DNA of 64,000 nucleotides from a virus. The notes beneath the pieces are model-generated. The model saw nothing but the letters and a program-made list of their open reading frames with translations. It made no database searches and was not told the DNA's origin. Below are positions 7,182-16,174 of the stretch, one piece after another. The stretch lies in IMG/VR virus record IMGVR_UViG_3300030380_004057, positions 12,965-76,964 of that record, one strand, 5' to 3'. Position numbers and translations under genes: made by a program. How positions within the stretch are numbered: position 1 is the first letter of the stretch; each line of letters starts with the position of its first letter.

Positions 7182-10100
7182 ATGGCAAGAATACAAACAT
7201 ACGCTACAGATTCAAGTATATCAGGATCAGAGAAATTACTCGGAACAGACGCGGGAACAACTAAATTGTTTTCACTAACTGATCTTAGAACGTACTTTAC
7301 AACTAACACATCAGCTGGTACTACATTTACAGGTAACATAGTACCTGATACAGACGACGCATACGATATAGGCTCGTCATCAGCGCAATGGCAAGATATA
7401 TACATTGATGGTATTGCGTACATAGATCAATTAGGTACTGACTCTGATCCAGTTGGTCCTGCATTTATAAGTGGTGGTGAAATAGATGGTGTAGCTATTG
7501 GTAGCGAATCTGCATCAACTGGCGCATTTACAACAATAACATCGTCAGGTCTTGCTAATTTTAACTCATTACAAATAAACGGAGCTGCGATATCAATTAA
7601 TACATTAAGCGATGCTCTTGTAGAAAACAACTCTATATTTTTAGGTAACGATCCTAGCTCTACTACAAGTACAGCTTCAAATAATATAGGTATAGGTGTT
7701 ACAGCCTTAGATGCTATTACTACAGGTGATGATACTGTAGGTATTGGACAAGGTGCTTTATCAGCGTTGACAACAGGTGGTTTAAACGTAGCTATAGGTA
7801 GTGATGCTATGGCTTCTAACGTTGATGGTAGCTCTTCAATAGCAATTGGACATAGATCATTAACATCACATGATCCAAGTGGTGCTACTGAAACTAAAAA
7901 CATAGGTGTTGGTCCTTATTCATTATTTAGTCTAACAACAGGTACTGATAATATAGCTATAGGTTACGAGGCTTTATATAGTGAAGATACATCTAGTGAA
8001 AGTATAGCCATCGGTACTAAAGCATTAAGAAATCAAAATGCTAATACTTCAAATATAGCTATCGGTTTTCAAGCTGGTGACGCGATTACCACTGGTACTA
8101 AAAATATAGTTATAGGTGAAAATGCAGCTGGCGCTACAGTAAGTGGTTTAAGAAATATAGCTTTAGGTTATGAAGCACTTAAAACAAATATAGATGGAGA
8201 TGGTAACGTTGCTATAGGTTATCAATCTTTAATGACATTAGAGCCAGCAGATGGATTTACACATAACGTAGCTGTAGGATATGAATCAGCTACTTCAGCA
8301 ACAACTTCAAATTATGGAACTTTTATAGGTTCACAATCAGGTAAGGCAGTTACAACAGGTACTTATAACACTGCTTTAGGTGCACAAGCACTACTTTCAA
8401 CAGATGTTGGTCAATTTAACACTGCTTTAGGTGCACAAGCTTTATATTCAAACGTTGATGGTAGTTTAAGTACAGCTATTGGTTACAAAGCATTATATGC
8501 TCAAGACCCAGCAAGTACTACAGATTTATTTAACGTAGCTGTTGGTGCTAACGCAGGACTTGCTACGACAATAGGTAAACACAACACGTTTATTGGTGGT
8601 GAAGCTGGTAAAACTAACATTGATGGTGATGCGGCTGTAGCAGTTGGTTACAAAGCGTTATTTGCTCAAGAACCTTCTTCTAATGTTAGTACAGATAATA
8701 CAGCTATAGGATACGAAGCGGGTGTCGCGGTAAGTACAGGGTTAAGAAACACATTAATAGGTAACAGTACAGCTGGCACGCTTACAACAGGTAATAATAA
8801 TATAGTTATAGGTAGTTCATCTGATGTTTCTGGAGCAAGTGGCACAAATCAAGTTGTAATTGGTTATAATGTTGATGCTGTTAGTAATAATTCAGTAATA
8901 TTAGGTAATACTGATACTACAATATGGCATCCAGCTGATGATAATGGTGTAGACTTAGGTTCTACAGCTTATTCGTTTAAAGACGCGTATATACAAAGTA
9001 ATTTAAAAATAGGTGATACATCTGGTTCTACATATTTCCAGTTTCCAACTACAATTGGAACATCTGGTCAAATATTAAAAGTAGCTTCCTCTGGTAATAT
9101 ATTAGAGTGGGGTACCGGTACAGGTATTGATTTTTATCAAGCTAATAACACTTTATTAGTTGGTCACTCTACATCTCCTAGCGGTACAGCTGAGTTTAAC
9201 GTTAGTTTAGGCGAGACTGCTTTAGATAGTTTAAGTACAGGTGGTAAAAACGTAGCAGTAGGTTATAATGCTGGTACAGCTATATCTTCAGGAGCTGGTA
9301 ACGTATTAATTGGTAGTGCTGCTGGTCAAGCTATTACAACAGGTAGTGATCACATTGCAATAGGTAGATCTGCTCTTTTACTTGAAGATACTTCAACTAG
9401 CAGCAGTGTAGCTATTGGAGCTGAAGCATTAGGATCACAAAATGGTGGTGCTCATAATGTTGGTGTAGGTTCTTCTGCTTTTAGATTTACAACATCTGGT
9501 GATGACAATATTGGTATAGGTGCTAATGCTGGAAAATTAAATCAAACAGGTAACAACAATATTGCTATAGGTTCTGATGCGTTTTTAACAGATACAGCTT
9601 CTTCTAATAACGTAGCAGTAGGTAGCGCAGCTTTAAAAGATCAATTAAATAGCGATGGTAACAATACAGCTGTAGGTCATAATGCTGGAGAAAATGTTAC
9701 ATCTGGTCATGATAATGTTTTCTTAGGTTCTAGCGCTGGTAGTTCAATTACAACTGGTGATGATAATATATTTATAGGTAAAGGTGCTACTACTATTTCA
9801 AATACCGGTGATAATCAAATAGCTATTGGTAAAAGTGCTGTTAGTACTGGAGCTAATCAAATAGTAATTGGTAATACATCGCATGTAAGCACTAGAATAT
9901 TTGCGCATAGAACAATTGTTTCAAATAGTACAGCTGATGCTACTTTAACAGCAAACGATTCAGGTGAAACATTTGTATTTACTGATGCAGCTGCTACAAT
10001 TACGCTTCCTGATTCTGGAGGTGGTGATATAATAGGTACTTATTTTCATTTTATAGTATTAGATGATACTGCTGGAACAAAGAGAGTACAATGTGCTGAT

Positions 10101-10331
10101 TCTACAAATGAAGATTTAATTGGATCAGTTTTAACTGTAGACACAGACTCTTCTGATGCTAATGCTTCTTTTGCAAGTCAAGTAGCAGATGAGTTTCATC
10201 AAATAACATTTAACGGTACTACTACTGGTAGAGCTGGTAGTAAAGTAACTGTAACAAATATAGCGGCTGATAAATGGCATGTTGAAGGTACATTGTTATG
10301 TACTGGTAATCCTGCTACGCCGTTCTCATAA
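7182..10331 (+). CDS. tail fibre protein with NxAIG beta-solenoid repeats
   Basis: 1049 aa, G/A/T/N rich, about 17-aa NIAIGxxAL repeats. Confidence 0.8.
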   Translation: MARIQTYATDSSISGSEKLLGTDAGTTKLFSLTDLRTYFTTNTSAGTTFTGNIVPDTDDAYDIGSSSAQWQDIYIDGIAYIDQLGTDSDPVGPAFISGGEIDGVAIGSESASTGAFTTITSSGLANFNSLQINGAAISINTLSDALVENNSIFLGNDPSSTTSTASNNIGIGVTALDAITTGDDTVGIGQGALSALTTGGLNVAIGSDAMASNVDGSSSIAIGHRSLTSHDPSGATETKNIGVGPYSLFSLTTGTDNIAIGYEALYSEDTSSESIAIGTKALRNQNANTSNIAIGFQAGDAITTGTKNIVIGENAAGATVSGLRNIALGYEALKTNIDGDGNVAIGYQSLMTLEPADGFTHNVAVGYESATSATTSNYGTFIGSQSGKAVTTGTYNTALGAQALLSTDVGQFNTALGAQALYSNVDGSLSTAIGYKALYAQDPASTTDLFNVAVGANAGLATTIGKHNTFIGGEAGKTNIDGDAAVAVGYKALFAQEPSSNVSTDNTAIGYEAGVAVSTGLRNTLIGNSTAGTLTTGNNNIVIGSSSDVSGASGTNQVVIGYNVDAVSNNSVILGNTDTTIWHPADDNGVDLGSTAYSFKDAYIQSNLKIGDTSGSTYFQFPTTIGTSGQILKVASSGNILEWGTGTGIDFYQANNTLLVGHSTSPSGTAEFNVSLGETALDSLSTGGKNVAVGYNAGTAISSGAGNVLIGSAAGQAITTGSDHIAIGRSALLLEDTSTSSSVAIGAEALGSQNGGAHNVGVGSSAFRFTTSGDDNIGIGANAGKLNQTGNNNIAIGSDAFLTDTASSNNVAVGSAALKDQLNSDGNNTAVGHNAGENVTSGHDNVFLGSSAGSSITTGDDNIFIGKGATTISNTGDNQIAIGKSAVSTGANQIVIGNTSHVSTRIFAHRTIVSNSTADATLTANDSGETFVFTDAAATITLPDSGGGDIIGTYFHFIVLDDTAGTKRVQCADSTNEDLIGSVLTVDTDSSDANASFASQVADEFHQITFNGTTTGRAGSKVTVTNIAADKWHVEGTLLCTGNPATPFS

Positions 10332-10356
10332 ATATTAACATTTAAAAATTATTATT

Positions 10357-10482
10357 ATGCCAACTAAAATGAAAAGAAAAGGTGGAGGTCTTAAAGTAAA
10401 AAAAGCTAAATTATACGGCGGCTCGACTAAGCCTACAGCGATGAAATACGGAATCAAAAAGAAAAAGAAAAAGAAAAAGTAA
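10357..10482 (+). CDS. tiny lysine-rich protein (41 aa)
   Basis: Manual ORF MPTKMKRKGGGLKVKKAKLYGGSTKPTAMKYGIKKKKKKKK. Confidence 0.6.
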   Translation: MPTKMKRKGGGLKVKKAKLYGGSTKPTAMKYGIKKKKKKKK

Positions 10483-10821
10483 GTGTCTTTTAAAATGAAA
10501 TCAATAGCGCAGTTGCTTGGTTTAAGTGAAAAATACTCTAAGCCAAGCTCTGTTGTTTTTGAAAAAAACCTACCACCTGGAGTTATGGGTGAGATAGACA
10601 TGAATGGTGTAATAACCATTGATGGTAGAATGACAAAAAAACAAAAAGCTAAAACAGTAGCTCATGAAAGATGTCATTTAAAACAAATAAGAACTGGAGT
10701 TTTACGTTTTGATACTAATAATTATTATTATAAAAAAAGAGGTGGTAAAACAAAAGTTATACCAAACGTTCAAATAGATCCTAGAAGAAGAGATTTAATT
10801 TGGGAAAAACAATGTAAATAA
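10483..10821 (+). CDS. small zincin-like metalloprotein
   Basis: 112 aa, HExxH motif VAHERCHLKQ. Confidence 0.6.
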   Translation: MSFKMKSIAQLLGLSEKYSKPSSVVFEKNLPPGVMGEIDMNGVITIDGRMTKKQKAKTVAHERCHLKQIRTGVLRFDTNNYYYKKRGGKTKVIPNVQIDPRRRDLIWEKQCK

Positions 10822-10838
10822 CTTATAAAACTAAAATT

Positions 10839-11021
10839 ATGCCTGGACATACTAAGTCAAAAATGACAAAAGAACAAAAAGAAAAAAAGGATTTTAAACC
10901 ACATATGATGTATTGTAAAGATGGTAAAGCTCACAGAGCAGCTACTTACAAAGCGCATCTTGATTTAAAGAAAAAAGGATGTGGTCACTCAAAGCCTAAA
11001 ATGTACGATAAAAATAAATAA
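10839..11021 (+). CDS. small basic protein
   Basis: 60 aa, FKPHMMY..G...HLxLKKKG. Confidence 0.65.
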   Translation: MPGHTKSKMTKEQKEKKDFKPHMMYCKDGKAHRAATYKAHLDLKKKGCGHSKPKMYDKNK

Positions 11022-11281
11022 TGCCTAAAAGTAACGAGCCTAGAAAAACGACTAAAGGTAGAGGTCGTAATTTCCGCACTGTAAAAGAAGGTGCAGGTAT
11101 GACTAAAAAAGGTGTTGCTGAATACAGGCGTAAAAACCCTGGTAGTAAATTAAAAACAGCCGTAACAGGTAAAGTTAAACCTGGTAGTAAGGCTGCTAAA
11201 AGACGTAAGTCGTTTTGCGCTAGATCAAGAAGCTGGAAAAGCAAAAGAGGTTTAGCTGCTAGACGTAGGTGGAAATGTTAA
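11021..11281 (+). CDS. small basic protein (DUF6321-like)
   Basis: 86 aa, NPGSKLK...RRKSFCARS...RRWKC. Confidence 0.7.
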   Translation: MPKSNEPRKTTKGRGRNFRTVKEGAGMTKKGVAEYRRKNPGSKLKTAVTGKVKPGSKAAKRRKSFCARSRSWKSKRGLAARRRWKC

Positions 11282-11290
11282 ATAATAAAT

Positions 11291-11458
11291 ATGAAATCAA
11301 GAGGATTAGGAGATAGTATACATAAATTCACTAAAGCAACCGGTATTAAACGTATGGTTGATACTGTTTCGCAAGGCTTAAATATACCTTGTGGCTGCGA
11401 AGGTAGACGTGAGGCAATGAATATGATGTTTCCATATTCACATAAAAGAAAAAGATAA
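11291..11458 (+). CDS. small protein with CGC motif (55 aa)
   Basis: Manual ORF MKSRGLGDSIHKFTKATGIK...PCGCEGRREAMN..FPY. Confidence 0.7.
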   Translation: MKSRGLGDSIHKFTKATGIKRMVDTVSQGLNIPCGCEGRREAMNMMFPYSHKRKR

Positions 11459-11667
11459 TGGCTAAAAAACTATCAAAAGCTCAAATGAAAATAGCTAAAC
11501 TAGCTAAACCATTTGATAAAATTACAAAAGAAGATTTTGCTGTATTAAGAAGTAAAAAAGGTACTAAAATAAAAGGAGAAGCTAAAAAGCCTATGAATTT
11601 TATGGATACTAAATCAACTTTTAGAGACTCTAACAGAATAACAAAACCAAGAAAACATCATGGGTAA
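11458..11667 (+). CDS. small basic protein
   Basis: 69 aa, KITKEDFAVLR. Confidence 0.65.
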   Translation: MAKKLSKAQMKIAKLAKPFDKITKEDFAVLRSKKGTKIKGEAKKPMNFMDTKSTFRDSNRITKPRKHHG

Positions 11668-11791
11668 AATTAGTGGACCGTGCAAAGCAGCGGCAAAAAG
11701 AAAATTTAAAGTATGGCCAAGCGCTTATGCTTCTGGTTGGGGCGTAAGATGTACTAAAAATCCTGGTAAATACTTAGGTAAAAAGAAATAA
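11660..11791 (+). CDS. small basic protein (43 aa)
   Basis: Manual ORF MGKISGPCKAAAKRKFKVWPSAYASGWGVRCTK... Confidence 0.65.
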   Translation: MGKISGPCKAAAKRKFKVWPSAYASGWGVRCTKNPGKYLGKKK

Positions 11792-11793
11792 CA

Positions 11794-11895
11794 ATGAAAA
11801 AAGGTAAGAAAAAAGGTAGATGCTGGCCAGGTTACGCACCTGTAAAAGGTAAAAAACCTTTTTCACCTGGTAGTTGTAGAAAAATTAAAAAGTAA
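11794..11895 (+). CDS. tiny basic Cys-pair peptide (33 aa)
   Basis: Manual ORF MKKGKKKGRCWPGYAPVKGKKPFSPGSCRKIKK. Confidence 0.6.
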   Translation: MKKGKKKGRCWPGYAPVKGKKPFSPGSCRKIKK

Positions 11896-12083
11896 TGGCT
11901 AAAGCATATAGAGGGGTTTTAAAGGCTAGAATAAACAAACTATATGGTGGTGACGTTACTTGTGGTAAAGTTAAAAAGCTAAAGTCACGTAGAGATGCTA
12001 CTAAACGTGACGTGCAGCTAGCTAACTGGTTTATTAATATGCAAAATTGCGGGCATGGCGGATCCAAAAAAAGGAACAGGTAA
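11895..12083 (+). CDS. small basic protein
   Basis: 62 aa, TAATG coupling. Confidence 0.6.
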   Translation: MAKAYRGVLKARINKLYGGDVTCGKVKKLKSRRDATKRDVQLANWFINMQNCGHGGSKKRNR

Positions 12084-12342
12084 AAAACCAAAAGGTTCTG
12101 GTAGAAGATTATATACTGACGAAAATCCAAAAGATACAGTTAAGGTTAAATTTGCTACAGTTGCAGATGCTAGAGCTACATGCACTAAAGTAAAAAAAGT
12201 TAACAAGCCTTTTGCTCGTAAAATACAAATATTAACTGTAGTAGAGCAAAGAGCTAAAGCTGCAGGTAAAGCACAACAAGCAGCTATAGCTAAAAGGTGT
12301 AAAATGGCAATACGTAGAAAACATGGCAAAAAAACGTCCTGA
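12055..12342 (+). CDS. small basic protein
   Basis: 95 aa, GTGKKPKGSGRRLYTDENPKDTV motif. Confidence 0.7.
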   Translation: MADPKKGTGKKPKGSGRRLYTDENPKDTVKVKFATVADARATCTKVKKVNKPFARKIQILTVVEQRAKAAGKAQQAAIAKRCKMAIRRKHGKKTS

Positions 12343-12568
12343 GTGGAAAGATAGTAAATACGCTGACGCAAAGGGTAAATTTAAGAGTTTATCCTGTGAT
12401 AAATTAGCTAGTTGGCTAATTAAAAGTAGAAAAGGTAATAAGCGAGCAATAATTGGTAGTTTAAACCAACAAGTTGTTTTTAATAGAAAACGTAGCCCTA
12501 GCTATGCTAAAAAAATGGTATGCGCTAGAAATAAAGTAAGCAAAAGATTAGGAAATGCCAAAAAGTAA
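12323..12568 (+). CDS. small basic protein
   Basis: 81 aa. Confidence 0.65.
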   Translation: MAKKRPEWKDSKYADAKGKFKSLSCDKLASWLIKSRKGNKRAIIGSLNQQVVFNRKRSPSYAKKMVCARNKVSKRLGNAKK

Positions 12569-12809
12569 AGTAAAAGGTGGTGGCACCAAAAAAGTTTGTT
12601 TACCGTACAATAAGTATAAAAGTATGAGCAAAGCTGAAAGGCAAAAAGTAATACGCGCTAAGCGTAAAGCTGCTGCTCAAGGAAAATATAAGAGATCAAG
12701 TAAATCTAATGTTAAAGGTGCTAGAAAAAAAGGCGCTACATTACGAGACTGGTTTCAAAAAGAACGCTGGGTCAATATTGCTACAGGCAAGCCTTGCGGG
12801 GAGAAATAA
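12555..12809 (+). CDS. small basic protein (DUF5872-like)
   Basis: 84 aa, CLP..K...MS..ER and LRDWFQKERWVNI. Confidence 0.65.
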   Translation: MPKSKVKGGGTKKVCLPYNKYKSMSKAERQKVIRAKRKAAAQGKYKRSSKSNVKGARKKGATLRDWFQKERWVNIATGKPCGEK

Positions 12810-12857
12810 CCGGCCCGGTATAGGGCAAAACCAAATGTTTAATTAAAACCAAAACCA

Positions 12858-13148
12858 ATGACATTTTTTTATTCGACTAAAACGTGGAATAGTCAACCAC
12901 AAATTTCCAAAGAAACCGTTGAATTTTGGAGGCATTTAGCCGACAAAACAAACTGGAGAATAACTCAGTTACCAAATGGTTTTTACCAAACCGAGTACCA
13001 ACATCCTGAGGAAGAAGATACTTGGATTGATGTAACCAGAAGAGAAACAGTTGATGGCGCTGAAGCCGCCATTGATGGATCAGTTGATCACTACGGTAAG
13101 AAAGTAGAGTTTCTTAATGGTCCAAAAGTTGTTAAAACTTTTAAATAA
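12858..13148 (+). CDS. hypothetical protein
   Basis: 96 aa ORF preceding groEL. Confidence 0.7.
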   Translation: MTFFYSTKTWNSQPQISKETVEFWRHLADKTNWRITQLPNGFYQTEYQHPEEEDTWIDVTRRETVDGAEAAIDGSVDHYGKKVEFLNGPKVVKTFK

Positions 13149-13173
13149 CATTAAATAAATTAAATTAAATTAA

Positions 13174-14724
13174 ATGCAAAATCCACAAGACATTGTGAAG
13201 ACTTTAACATTTGGCAGTAATGCTAAAGAAAAAGTCTTTGCAGGTATAGAAAAACTCACAAATGCTGTTAGCTCCACACTTGGAGCTAGCGGTAAATGTG
13301 TGATATTAGAAGACTTCATGGGTAGACCCATGATTACAAAAGACGGTGTAACTGTTGCTAACTCTGTTAATTTAAGAGAACCCGTAGAAAATATAGGTGC
13401 TGTATTAATTAAAGAAGCAGCTAGGAAAACAGTTGGCGAAGCTGGTGATGGAACTACAACTGCTACTGTACTAGCTCACGCTATATTAAACGAAGCTTAT
13501 AAAAACAAAGGTAGTGATAGTTTAAGAAGTATAAAACAAGATATACAAGAAGCTTGTAATAAAACCGTTGAATATTTAGAAAATATATCAGTACCAGTTG
13601 AAGGTGATATGGTAGATCAAGTAGCTACAATATCATCAAACAATGACGAAAGCTTAGGTAAAGTTATTGGCGAGGCTTTTAAACAAGTTGGTAAAAACGG
13701 TACTGTAATGATGGATCCTGATACTAAATCAGAAGACACTACAGTTGAGTTAGTTTCGGGTTCGCAGATAAATCAAGGATTTGCTAACGCAAACTTTGTA
13801 ACAGATACAGGTAAACAAACTGTTACATTAGAAAAGCCTTTAGTATTACTAGTTAGCTCACCAATAGCATCAGTAAGAAAAATACAAACTGTATTAGAGC
13901 ATGCTGTTAAACAAAATAGATCAATACTAATAATAGGTGAATTAGAAAAACAACCTATGGCTGCATTAGTAATGAATAAAATAAAAGGTAATATAAAGGC
14001 TAGTGTTATAGCACCACCTGGTTTTAGCTTTTGGAAAAGAGACTTTTTAGATGATATTGCTGCTGTTACAGGAGCTACACATATAAATGAAGAATATGGT
14101 GATGATGTAGATTTAATTACACCTGATATGCTAGGTGAATGTGAAAGATGTGTGTCTGATAGCAAGTCAACAGTTTTAAAAGTAGCTGAAATACCTGAAG
14201 AAGCTAAAGAAAGAATAAAAGCTATAGAAGATCAAATAAAAACTCTTGATCCTAGTTTAAGAACTCAAAAGCTAGAAGAGCGTTTAGCTATATTATCAGG
14301 TAACGTTGCAGTAATATCAATAGGTGCAAACTCAGACGTTGAGTTTAAAGAAAAGAAAGATAGAGTTGATGATGCAATACACGCTACCAAAGCCGCGGTA
14401 AAAGAAGGTATAGTTCCTGGCGGCGGTGTAGCTTTATTAAATGCTGCTAGCAGTATTAAAGAAAAAACTGAAGGCACTAATATATTTATAGAAGCAGTTA
14501 AGTATCCATATAAAACAATACTTAAAAATGCTGGTTTAGAATATGTGCCACAAAAAGGTAAAGGTAAAGGTATAAATGTTATAACTGGTGAAACAGTTAA
14601 TATGATCAATGAAGGCATTATTGATCCTTTACTTGTAACTAAAAGTGCATTAAAAAATGCAGTATCTGTTGCAACTACTATATTATCAACTGACTGTGTA
14701 ATTAGTAATATGAGAGAAGAATGA
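13174..14724 (+). CDS. groEL: chaperonin GroEL (phage type)
   Basis: ITKDGVTVA, AGDGTTTATV, GIVPGGG, GIIDP motifs; no GGM tail. Confidence 0.97.
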   Translation: MQNPQDIVKTLTFGSNAKEKVFAGIEKLTNAVSSTLGASGKCVILEDFMGRPMITKDGVTVANSVNLREPVENIGAVLIKEAARKTVGEAGDGTTTATVLAHAILNEAYKNKGSDSLRSIKQDIQEACNKTVEYLENISVPVEGDMVDQVATISSNNDESLGKVIGEAFKQVGKNGTVMMDPDTKSEDTTVELVSGSQINQGFANANFVTDTGKQTVTLEKPLVLLVSSPIASVRKIQTVLEHAVKQNRSILIIGELEKQPMAALVMNKIKGNIKASVIAPPGFSFWKRDFLDDIAAVTGATHINEEYGDDVDLITPDMLGECERCVSDSKSTVLKVAEIPEEAKERIKAIEDQIKTLDPSLRTQKLEERLAILSGNVAVISIGANSDVEFKEKKDRVDDAIHATKAAVKEGIVPGGGVALLNAASSIKEKTEGTNIFIEAVKYPYKTILKNAGLEYVPQKGKGKGINVITGETVNMINEGIIDPLLVTKSALKNAVSVATTILSTDCVISNMREE

Positions 14725-14981
14725 AGGCGGTAGGTAATTATTTAGTTATAGAAGAAGTAAAACAAAAACCAACTAAAACAAAAGGCGGTTTACTTCTTAC
14801 AGATAAAATAAAAGAAGACATAAGATACAGACAAGGTGTTGTGAAAAGCGTTGGTAGTTTAGTTCAAGGCGTTAAAGCTGATGACAATATATACTACGAT
14901 AAGCATGCTGGTTTTAATGTAGAAATAGATGAAAACATATTTCTTGTAATAAAACAGCAAGACGTTGTTATTATCTTATGA
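14721..14981 (+). CDS. groES: co-chaperonin GroES
   Basis: 86 aa; KTKGGLLL mobile loop, GVVKSVG; adjacent to groEL. Confidence 0.9.
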   Translation: MKAVGNYLVIEEVKQKPTKTKGGLLLTDKIKEDIRYRQGVVKSVGSLVQGVKADDNIYYDKHAGFNVEIDENIFLVIKQQDVVIIL

Positions 14982-15424
14982 GAAAATTAGAAGCCAAAGA
15001 TCTTAGAAGCATAGGTTTGTTTAAGCATTATCGTATTATACGTAAATGGGCTTGTAAAACAAACAAGTTAAAAGATGCTGATCTCGAACTTCTAATTTAC
15101 TTTGATTGTATGGAGCTGTTTACAAGAAAAGATTATATAGACGGAGTTTATACTTTTTCATGGGATAAAAATCGTTGGGAACGTTTAAGGCGTGATGGCT
15201 GGATAACTGTTTGGCGACAAAGAAACAACACAACTCAAAAATATACAATATATAAAACATCATTTAAGTGTAGCCAACTTATTAGTAGGATATACAGGAT
15301 GTTACTTGGTCAAGAAGATTTACCAACTAGTTTACGTAGAAATAAAATAATGGAAGGTAAATCATACTCTGACAAAGTTATGATAAAAGCAATAAACTTA
15401 GTTAATAAAGATAATAACAATTAA
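14978..15424 (+). CDS. hypothetical protein, possibly winged-helix DNA-binding
   Basis: 148 aa; L..ADLELLIY...RLRRDGWI pattern. Confidence 0.55.
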   Translation: MRKLEAKDLRSIGLFKHYRIIRKWACKTNKLKDADLELLIYFDCMELFTRKDYIDGVYTFSWDKNRWERLRRDGWITVWRQRNNTTQKYTIYKTSFKCSQLISRIYRMLLGQEDLPTSLRRNKIMEGKSYSDKVMIKAINLVNKDNNN

Positions 15425-15435
15425 ACAAACAAAAA

Positions 15436-16011
15436 ATGGCATACGGAGATATAACAGGTAGTCCACACTCTTACAGAGCACCATCATTACCAGGTGTACA
15501 AACAGTTAGAAAAGCTGTAGTTTTAAAAGATGCAACAACTCTTGGTAGTGCTGCTATAAACTATTTAGACAATACAAAAGATTTAAATGAGCTTTCTACA
15601 GTTGAGCACACTGAAAGAGGTGCTGGTATTTATATTGGTACAGCTGGCAATATATGTGTTAACCTTTCTGGTCAAAAGAAAATAGTAGACGGTGGCGCTA
15701 CGTCAAGCGCTACTACAAACAAGTTAGTTGATTCAACGCAAAACTTTACAAGTACAGTACAACCTAGAGATTTAGTAGTAAATACTACTGATGGTACAGT
15801 TGCTTTTGTAGGAGCTGTAGATAGTGACACTACGCTTAGTTTAGTAGACGCTGCTAATAGTAATTCTGACATTATGACTAGTGGTGAAGCATATGAAATA
15901 CACAGACCAATAGTGTTTCAAAATATAGCGGCTGGATCTTTTTTACCAATTGAGGTTGATAGAGTATTTGCATTTGCAACTACTGCTGACGACATAATGG
16001 CTATATACTAG
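15436..16011 (+). CDS. virion structural protein
   Basis: 191 aa; IYIGTAGNI and FQNIAAGSFLPIEVDRV motifs typical of phage tail-associated proteins. Confidence 0.65.
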   Translation: MAYGDITGSPHSYRAPSLPGVQTVRKAVVLKDATTLGSAAINYLDNTKDLNELSTVEHTERGAGIYIGTAGNICVNLSGQKKIVDGGATSSATTNKLVDSTQNFTSTVQPRDLVVNTTDGTVAFVGAVDSDTTLSLVDAANSNSDIMTSGEAYEIHRPIVFQNIAAGSFLPIEVDRVFAFATTADDIMAIY

Positions 16012-16014
16012 AGC

Positions 16015-16164
16015 ATGGCTTTATTAGGTATAAAAGCAAATATAGTGTACAGTGAGCAGATAACTAATGCTGACACTAGAACAAGTGCGTTTAACTTACG
16101 CGCAGACTTTACTGAACTGAAAGCTGATTCAACTCTTTTCTCAGCTGATGCTAACCAAATGTAA
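16015..16164 (+). CDS. small protein, possible fibre adaptor (49 aa)
   Basis: Manual ORF MALLGIKANIVYSEQ...ADFTELKADSTLFSADANQM. Confidence 0.55.
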   Translation: MALLGIKANIVYSEQITNADTRTSAFNLRADFTELKADSTLFSADANQM

Positions 16165-16174
16165 TACATAACAC

